Of a stretch of 32,403 nt of DNA, positions 21,226-30,600 are shown piece after piece. The notes beneath the pieces were generated by a model. It saw only the letters and a program-made list of their open reading frames with translations, was not told the origin of the DNA and made no database searches. This DNA comes from Octopus bimaculoides (taxonomy: Eukaryota), in NCBI RefSeq assembly GCF_001194135.2, contig NC_069000.1, forward strand, positions 1,303,316 to 1,335,718. The letters are read 5' to 3'. The translations under genes and the position numbers were made by a program. How positions within the stretch are numbered: the first letter of the stretch is position 1; the number at the start of each line of letters is the position of its first letter.

Positions 21226-21463
21226 ATGGACAGGAATTGTGTGTGTGTGTGCGCTTTTAGTAACACTCTTCCAATCATGAGTGCAGCCCCCAAAACATTA
21301 AGCCACCACCCCCTCACCCCACTTAGATTTGTTGCAATATAATAACCTCTCAGCGCTTACCAACCTGTCATGGAACTCTGGATTTCCATAGGTAGATTCT
21401 TTGATGCTTTCTTCAATTCAACATATGTGTGTGTGAGTATGTAGATACTCCCACACACTATAG

Positions 21464-21630
21464 CAGTGGGTTCTCAACTTGAGGTCTGTGAACCCCTGGT
21501 GGTCTGCAAAGGTAGTACTGGTGGGGAAGGGATCCGTCAGCATGTTGAGCTGACAAACCTTTCAATATCCTGGAGTCTATGGGAAAACTCATTTAAAAGT
21601 GGCCCATTATCTTAAAGGTGTGGGAAAGGA
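21464..21630. mobile_element. Degraded relative of the hAT-type MITE
   Basis: Left end CAGTGGGTTCTCAAC followed by GGTC...CCCCTGG; right end unclear. Confidence 0.4.
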
Positions 21631-21717
21631 TCATGTACATCATCATTCTCTTTTAGTGTCCCCCCCCCCCCCACTTCTGTGCTGACATGGGTTGGGCTGT
21701 TTGACAGAAGCTGGCAC

Positions 21718-21885
21718 TCATCATCATCATCGTCATCGTTTTTCAGTGTCCGTCTTCCATGCATGCATCGGTAAGACGCTTCACAGGAGCTGACCTGTTA
21801 AAAGAAAAAACTACCCTATGCTACTTTTGCCTGTTTTGGCAGGGTTTTTACGGCTGGATGCCCTTCCTAACACCAACCACTCTGC
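21718..21885 (-). mobile_element. Retroposon family C, diverged
   Basis: (CAT)n then GTCCG.CTTCCATGC...GCTGGATGCCCTTCCTAACACCAACCAC. Confidence 0.75.
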
Positions 21886-21999
21886 AATATTCTTAATAGA
21901 GATTTTTTTTTTTCTTTTGGAGGAAGTAAACAAACCCTGGTGGCTGTTGTATGAAACTATCAAAGAATAGGGGAGATAATTCCCAGAAATTATTTCGGC

Positions 22000-22260
22000 T
22001 GCTGTGTGGTTTTGAGTTCAGTGTTGCTACATCTCTGCCTTTCGTGGAAGCTTTCACCCGCTTCTTAGGACTGGCTGACCCCTGCTCGACCGCCGTTGGC
22101 ACGGAACTCTTCTCCACTTCGGTCTTCGAAGGTCTCTCTGCGTACTGTACTGAGTTCACCTCCCACCTGCCTGGGGAAGGCAACGGGAAACCACTTTGGT
22201 ATTCATCCCATGTCTAGTCATGGATGGCCATAGCTCCAGTGATCTACTTAACTGTGGCAC
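22000..22260 (+). mobile_element. GC-rich repeat ending in an RTE/BovB-like 3' tail, cut by a gap
   Basis: GGGGAAGGCAACGGGAAACCAC...GTATTC resembles RTE-type 3' ends (GAAGG.AATGGCAA.CCAC); recalled similarity only. Confidence 0.4.
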
Positions 22261-22371
22261 NNNNNNNNNNNNNNNNNNNNNNNNNNNNNNNNNNNNNNNN
22301 NNNNNNNNNNNNNNNNNNNNNNNNNNNNNNNNNNNNNNNNNNNNNNNNNNNNNNNNNNNNNNNNNNNNNNN
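22261..22371. other. Assembly gap; others at 2974..2985, 6416..6566, 16234..16243 and 31086..31246
   Basis: Runs of N next to poly-C or (TA)n. Confidence 0.99.
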
Positions 22372-23910
22372 CCCCCAAGTCGTATAAAAAGTGTTGGAGA
22401 AGATTCGCATGCAGAGGACCTGCCCATGGATGGACCACTACTAGACTAGATATATACGTAATCAACATCTTTTAACCTCCATCTTCCATACTGAGATGAG
22501 CTTTGATTAAATGAAGGACTTAATATGGAGCTTGTATTTCTTCCAATTTTCGAAAAATGAAATTCTCATGTAGTTTTGTTTGCTGAATACGAAAATTGCA
22601 TTCATTTTTTTTCTAGAATTTAATAATAAAAATGTTACAAACGTTTAAAATTATCTAATTGTAACCTCTCAGTCACAGCTGTTTGTCGCCATGGGAACAA
22701 CTTTTACATGGTCTCGCAACCTGCTAGAAATACCAACCAAAGCTTCCTTAAACTAGAACAAAGTTTCTCAATTCTTTCCTTCCAGTGTACCTCTTTCTCG
22801 TGTTTTGCTCCTTGTAAAATGTTGAGTATCAAACAACAAGCAACCGACATGTATTTGTAATTGATATATAATTTAAAAAGTTCAAATCTCAACTATTCCT
22901 TCCAATCCTTCGAGGGTCAATAAGATAAAGAAGCAATCAAATACCGGGTGCCAATAGGATCGATCAACTTCTTGGTTTGAAACATGGTGACTTGTTATTG
23001 CAAGGAAGATAATCATTTCTAAATGAGTCTTGGCCGGATAAGAGATTTCACTTTTAAACCAAACACCACGACGCACAGACAATATATGTATTTAATATTA
23101 TTTTTGTCCCTTAAACTTGACCGTTCCAACAAGTAACTGAATTCTGGACACAGTTTTAGACGTACACCGACATCATTATTTAGAACTGGCTGTCTTATAT
23201 GAAATTTGGTTTTGTCTTTAAACATTGTTGAAAACCTTCCTTAGCAACAACAAACAGAATGCCAAATTGCTGTCCCCAGATTTTGCGGATACATAAGTTA
23301 TGTTTAGTTTATTGTGGTTTGAGAGCCCCTGCTCTCCACCAAACCAGTAAAAAAAAAAAAAATAATAACTATTCATTATAGTATTTTCGTGCCAGAAGTT
23401 GAACCATTTCGTTTAATGTGTAGAGACCATCTTCATGGTTACTAAACCAGCTAGAAATAGCAGTCAAATCACGCCCTACTATCTTAAAAACGAAAGGACA
23501 TACTGAATAATGTAGTCCCACATAACCCCCTAAAAGGATGGGATATTCATAGATCTAGATGATCAGGATTGACAATCAACACATCAGTTTTATGCTAAAA
23601 CCCCTTCAGCCTTATAAATGTATTACATACAGCAGAAAGCTCATCCTGTCTGATTGTTTCCCTTTAAGCTCAACAAGGGCACGCAACGTTTTCAAGGTAA
23701 AAAGCTATTTTTTTTAATTGACGAAATTGATAGTTTGTAAAGAAAGCAAAATGCACAAGCAAGCAAATTTCTGTCCACATTCCCAACAAAAGATTAGTGT
23801 TGGTCCTATCACACCTTTTTTTATAAGATGATGACTAAATTTTGGTGGAAATAGTTTCATCTATTTTTTTACTTTAGGCTTCAGTCATTGGTCAGTATTT
23901 ATTAGAAAGA

Positions 23911-24084
23911 GAACGGTGGTCAGCTGGGCAAAATGCTTGGCATCATTTTATCCATCTCCGAATTCTAATTTCAAATTCTGCCTTTCATCATTTTGGGGTT
24001 GATAGAATAAGTACCAATTAAACACTGGAGTCAGCTTACCCCCTCCCTGAAATTGCAGGCTTTGTGCCAATATTTGAAATCAAC
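23911..24084 (+). mobile_element. SINE family A with a 14-bp TSD ATTTATTAGAAAGA (23897..23910 and 24085..24098)
   Basis: Exact direct repeat on both sides; internal family A blocks. Confidence 0.88.
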
Positions 24085-24300
24085 ATTTATTAGAAAGACG
24101 ATTCCAGGTGATTTAACACTTTTGATATCAACTCACGTCAGTTAACCTCTGGTTCTTTGATACTAAACCGTTTTGAAATGTGTATATTTAAATTAAAACC
24201 TTCATTATTTTTAACACCTGTTGCCCATCGTAGTTTAAGTTGGACAGCATCTGATGGTTCCAAGAACTGCATCAAGTATAATATATATACATACTATATA

Positions 24301-24420
24301 TCATCTTTCATTTAGCATCCGCTTTCCATGCTGGCATGGGTTAGACAGTTTGACTTGGAACTGGTAACCTGGAGAGCTGTACTAGGTTCCAGTCTGGTTT
24401 TAGCTTCGTCTCTATGGCAG
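24301..24420 (-). mobile_element. Retroposon family C 3' fragment
   Basis: TCCGCTTTCCATGCTGGCATGGGTT...TTCCAGTCTG. Confidence 0.78.
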
Positions 24421-24444
24421 ACATAAGTATAGTAAAAGCTCATG

Positions 24445-24473
<29 letters not shown>
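24445..24473 (+). repeat. (CT)n microsatellite
   Basis: Read directly. Confidence 0.9.
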
Positions 24474-24478
<5 letters not shown>

Positions 24479-24637
24479 GAAAATAAATTTCTGAAAATTT
24501 CAAGGGTTTTTAATGAATTCTCCTCCGTTAAGTAACATTGTTTCAATGTGTTGGCAGACTGGGGTCAATATTTGGTTGAAATGGTGTTGAAATAATGGCA
24601 AAAGTTCTTTCTCAAATGTTGTGAAAGGTCAAATTAA

Positions 24638-24692
24638 TTAATTGCTGCACACATTAATGAATGATGCATCTTCAGGAAGATTTGTCTTGGAA
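24638..24692 (-). CDS. Probable last coding exon (SKTNLPEDASFINVCSN*)
   Basis: Strong acceptor ttttcttattgcag|T, in phase, TAA at 24638..24640; other 3' ends are not excluded. Confidence 0.55.
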
Positions 24693-27600
24693 CTGCAATA
24701 AGAAAACAAAAATTTTAATAATAATAATAAGACACTTGACAAGAAATTGAGGCAAATTTGAAGGGAGTGAAACTTACAGGGGCCCCTGAACTCTATTGGG
24801 TTTCGTTTGCTGCTGCTGTTGTCTTCTCCTCCTGAAAGCTGCTCTTTTTATGTTCATCACCTTCAACAGAACATGAAGAATAATTATTTCAAATTTTTGC
24901 CATAAGGGCAGCGCCTGGGGAAGATGGAGATGAGTCGGTTAGATCAACATGAAAAGTTGTGTATGGAATCATACGAATGTATGAGTATAAACAGTCAAAA
25001 TATTCACTGCATACATATACACATCCACACGATGTGCAGCAGTTGGCATTATAAACACACACACACAACGCATTTTCTACATACATGCATACATACACAT
25101 CACAACAGAGAGATATTCATAACAAGCAAGCAAGTTTCTGTAGTATTCTGATACATACGCTCATTCGTCTTTACATAACTTGAGGACGTCAATTCTGATT
25201 TTTCTTCACGTGTTTTCCCTCTCTTGTAACTGTTAAATGGGAAAAAACAATTGTATATATAATATATACTGAGATATGAAGAGCTGAGCTCGCAAAGAAA
25301 GTAAGGACAGGATGGACGGCATTTGATGCAATAAAGAGAATGCTCAAAGCAAAGCCAGACGATGCCATATGTACCAGACTCTTCAATAGCACCGTTCTAC
25401 CTGTGCTCTTATATGCAAATGAGACGTGGGCTACTTCGAAGAGGATACATCATCGATTGGCTACATGGCAAAAGGCCATGGAAAGATCCTTTCTACTATA
25501 GGCACAAGGCCTGAAATGTTTTGGGGCTGGTCGATTAGATCAACCTCGGTACGCAACTGGTACTTAATTTATCAACCCCGAAAGGATGAAAGGCAAAGTC
25601 GACCTTGGCCATGGAAAGATCCATGCTAAGAATATCATTATGAGAGCCTATTCAAAGCTGCTGTTGTTGAATGAACATTAATCAAAATTTGGTGCCTGCT
25701 GAAGCACCTAAATGTGAAATAAGGAGTTTGTTTCAATACGTTATCAGAGTCAACGCGCAAGCCCACGCGCAACCATCAGATCAAAATGGCAAAAGCTGTC
25801 CTCTTTCTGCACAGAAAATGTAAAATAACACGTGTATTAGATGCTTTTTAGCTTCACCTCAGCGCTGACCAAGCAAACTGATGAACAAAGGCTTTTCAGC
25901 AGTCACCGTTCCATTCTTTTCCAGGAACAGTCTAATGATTAAAACAAGTAAAAGCTAAAAAATGCATGCACCATTAAAAACTAGATGGATGAGGATTAAA
26001 CTGGATTAGCATCCATTGCAAATAAGATTGATTCTGAAACTGCTTCAATGGGAGAAAATACAAAGGTTGAACCTACCACCAACAGCAAATGATGACCACA
26101 CAAACCAGCAACAACACACCTAATACAGTCAGAGTAATAATGAGAGTTATGTCTAATGGAGCAGTTTCTGAAAGAAAAACACAGGGGAAAATGTAATGAA
26201 AGTCTTTACAATGGATGCTAGCATATATATATATATACACACACACCTACACACATAAGCGCAGATGGAAGGTGTTTAACTCATTAAGGGTCTGACCAAC
26301 TACAACAACAATAATGTTCCTGTTTTAACAAATGACTGTTTCTTTTATAGATCCATTACCACTCTCAATACTATGATACTGTGGTTCTCAGTTGGGGTCC
26401 ATATGGCTCCTAGGGAACCATATAACCCTTAGGAGCCCATATAACCCTTAGAGATCCATGTAAGATTTTGTCATTAAAACTTATCTGTAATAAACTGGTT
26501 ACATTTCTACATCACACAAAATATTTCAACAATTTTCATACAATTTCTTATATTTAATTATAAAAACTTTGATAGGATTATTGATTAGTCAAATGGCTAT
26601 GAGGGTCCACGCAAATGAAATAGGGTTCAAATGGATCCATAGGTAAAAAAAAAAATGGTTGGGAACCACAGTTATGATACAACAGTCTACTCTACAATAA
26701 GAGATGTGGTCACCTGACCAATAATCCTTACCCTTCTGACAATCAGGTAACTCGTACCCGTCAGGACATCCAGCTGGACATACCCCAGTGATATGGTGAC
26801 ACTCTGTGTTGTCGATACAATTACACTGCCGAGAACAGTTCTGACCAAATGTTCCGCTTTTACATTCTGAAAAAGACAAACAAAAATAGGAGAAAAGGAA
26901 GGACCATAACTCAGGTAGAGATATGTTTAGAATGTCGTAGTTTGGATGCTGTCTAAAAGACTAACATTGTTGTTTGATGTAAAGTCTTTCTTCAGAATTT
27001 TTTATTTAGACGTTGGCACTGACTCTACAGGTTTCAAAAATCTGTATTTTCAGTGATTTCTTAAACATTTAAAAGTTCTCTTCACCTCTTTCTCTCTCTC
27101 CGATGGGGTACTTTAAATAATAATAATAATAATGATCTTACTGTATACATTGCCCTGGTGCCCTACAACTCATCAGAAAAGAGTTAAAAAGGGGACAGAA
27201 AGCAGCCCCATTGAAGAAAGGCAACAGTGAAAACCAAAAGTGGGGGCACAAAACACAGAAAAGTGAAAACATTATCAGAATCAGAAAGGGGAAAATATTT
27301 GTGTTTGCCACGTTTAGAATACGTGTGATTTTTAAAGAATGCAGATTCTTATTCAGAATGTTTAGATTCTCGTCTCACCATACAAACTTATCCAAACCTC
27401 TTTCAATCAAGGATGGGGAAGAAGGCATAAAACAGCAACAAAGAAACTTTTATATAAGTTATTAATGAAATTTAACCTTTAAAACACTGAATTTTCTCTA
27501 GAATTGTCTCCCCTGCCACTGCCCTCTTACTACAGGCGAGAAAACTCATACAATGACACGATGTACTTACAGTGTGCTAAAGGTATGGTGTACTTACAGT

Positions 27601-30600
27601 GTGCTATGATATGAAGCTTCCTTCTCAACCACATTTCAGTTCCACTGCATGACACCTTGGGCAAATGTCTTCTAACATAGCCTTGGGCTGACCAAAGCCT
27701 TGTGACTGGATTTGGTAGATGGAAACTGAATGAAGCCCATCTTATATATATGTATGCATATCTATGTGTATGTATGTCTTTGTGTCTATGTTTGCCCCTC
27801 ACCCTGGTCTAACAAACAGTGTTGGTGTGTTTATATCCCCGTAACTTAGCAGTTCAACAAAAGAGACCAATACAATAAATACCAGGCTTAGAAAATAAGT
27901 CCCGGGGTCAATTTATTCAACTGGCATTCTCGAAGGTGGTGCCCCAGCATGGCCACAGTCTATTGACTAAAACAAGTAAAAGGTAGCCTGGTTCACCTGG
28001 ATCCTAAAACATCGTCTTTACCTTGGAATCTTTGAAGGCTCAAAGCAAATCTCATGACATTTCCAAACCAACTCAAAGAATTCATTTACTTACCTTCACA
28101 CAAGGAAATAGTCTCATTCCAGGTGTAACCACTCACACAACCATCAGTGCAGTCACCTGAGAACTGGTTGCATCTGTTTTCATAGCACAAGTCACAGAAT
28201 TCTTTACAACGGACACCATAGAATCCAGGTAGGCATTCTGTACGAATTAAACAATTAGTGTTATATGAATAATATGAAGAATATAATTATACATCCATGT
28301 GTGTGTGTGTGTGTATACACAGGGTGTAATGGGTAAATTGTCACCATATTATATCTTTTATTTCACACATGTGCATTGTTTGTTTTTGATTTTGTCAACT
28401 ATGCAGTATAGTAAGGTCAGTTGGGCACCATCTGTGAGAAAAACAGTACCATGATGCAAGTCACTCTGCCAGACACAAACGCACAAATATATACATATAT
28501 ACAGGCTATCATTGACTAACGACCATGATTGTTTCTGACTGACTGATCATAAGTCGATTTGGTTGTAAGTCGGCGTGTAGGCCTACATAGCTTTGTTTTA
28601 AATTTTTACATTGTTAAGGTACATTCTCAGGTAAAAGTCACACACAGCATTCTGTATTATACTATTATACTGGCATTAGTCAAACATTTTGGGGACTGAA
28701 GCAGTTGTGTTATGAACAAATATGAGGTTGCTTTGATGTCTCCATGACAGAATAGTCATCCAACACAGTGGTGATCGATAACCAAACCTAGGAGAAGCAT
28801 TTGTTAGTTGACATCATCCATAAATGGGTTAATTTCTAAGAAATTAAACCCATTAGATTTCAACTGGACTGTTTATTATTGCAGCCGGGAGCTGGCACGC
28901 CAATCGTTGCGCAGTTGATCAGTTGTGTGTCAGACAGGTTGTAAGTTGAAGATGACAGGCTTCCATCTACCAAATCCACTCACAAGGATTTGGTCAGCTC
29001 TTGGCTATAGGAGAAGACACTTGCCCAAGTTACCATTCAGTGGGACTGAACCCAGATCCATGTAATTGTTTCAACAAACTTCTTAACCACATAATCTTTT
29101 TTTCATCCATTTATTTCATTTTTTTTTCTATCTTCTTTGTCTAAATGTAATTATTATTATTATTTGAATAAATCTAGAATAGAAGATCTTTCAGGAATAG
29201 CAGAGAAGCAGGCTAAATCCCTATCGGTACCCAGTTCCTCCCCTCGGTATTCTAAGTTCAAATCCTACCAGGAAAGGTCGCAGAGATTCCTTCCAATTTA
29301 AGTCGAAATATTACTGTAGTGTTTTAGTTACCTCCCTTTTATCAGTTAATTTTGCTCAACTTACGCAGAACTTCAACTTCACACAAGGTTAGTTGTCCCC
29401 AGTCAACCGGCAGAAGAACTATGACTCGGATAGCGTATCTTATCTTTTCACATTTAATATCGATGACATCTTGTAAATGTTCGTTGTTTTTGCTTTCAAG
29501 GCAAACGCTGGGGTCAACCAGTACCACAAAACCTTTCAATCGACTTCCTGCAAGAAATACAAACTATGGTTAGTGCTTTATATACAAGGGTATGTGTTTC
29601 GTCAGTTTGTGGGTAGGCTGTGCTTATGGGTGTTAGAGAATACATTCTCATCAATTCACCTGGTGTTAGAGATATATAAAGATATGCACTGTGTTGTTCA
29701 CAAATGATTTACACCATTAAATACAGGACAATAACAATAACAGCAAAGATGACGATGCTTATGTGTTACACTTACTGTAGGTGCCAGTGTTGTATATCCG
29801 TATTTGATTGATGGGATATCTTTGATCCAAGACCACGTACCAGAAAGGTCGCTTCATCCATCTTGATGAAGCACAGGCAGCATGTTGTTCAGATGAGTCA
29901 TAGATGCCATCAATACTCAGATTAGCAAACCTTGCGACAGACTTTTCCTCACAGACTCCATCACTGAAGACTGTGTCTGCATGGGAATCCACTTTACTTA
30001 TGATGGCGAACTTTCCTTTAGCAACATTCTCTGAAACAGATAGAGAGCAGAACAAAGACGGTTTGAGTGCAAAAGGGAAATGTTTAACATACTAGGAACA
30101 TCCACATGAGGATAACATACTGGATTACAAGCGACAAGATCATGAGTTCAAGCCATGGTAAAAATATATAAAACTCTGCTACCAACAATATTAAACTTTT
30201 CCGAAATCTAAGCAGACTAAACTGGGGCCAATAAATCCCCCCCCCCCCACTTCTTTGTCAGACTATAGAAATCATCATCTTCCCCGTCATCATCTTCACT
30301 GTCATCATGTTCATCACCTGTCTTTGTTAGGTGCCAGTACGACTTCAAAAGATGACAATAACTTTAATTTAATTTAATATACATATGTTTATATATAAGT
30401 ATATTTTATTGCACAGATTTACCTGATATGTAACAATAGTATTATTTAAAATTTTTACTGCCCGCCCATCTATGGTAGGCTCCATATATTAAATTAAATA
30501 AAGTTAAATTAAATAAAGTTAAATTAAATTAATTCAACTGTTCCTACACACAGCCCTTAACAAATAGTGTAACGCAGAATAACCATTAGTTACCTCCCCT

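Noticed and set aside
21893-22475. ORFs around the 22261 gap
   Set aside because: They lie in a repeat and are extended artificially by N codons.
22704-23225. ORFs 22704..22892 and 23019..23225 as further cytoplasmic exons of the lectin gene
   Set aside because: The nearer strong acceptor at 24693 already gives an in-frame stop; these have weaker or out-of-phase acceptors. RNA data could reopen this.
1160-29330. Apparent plus-strand bias of family A SINEs
   Set aside because: Minus copies exist (5705, 25490), and the sample is too small.
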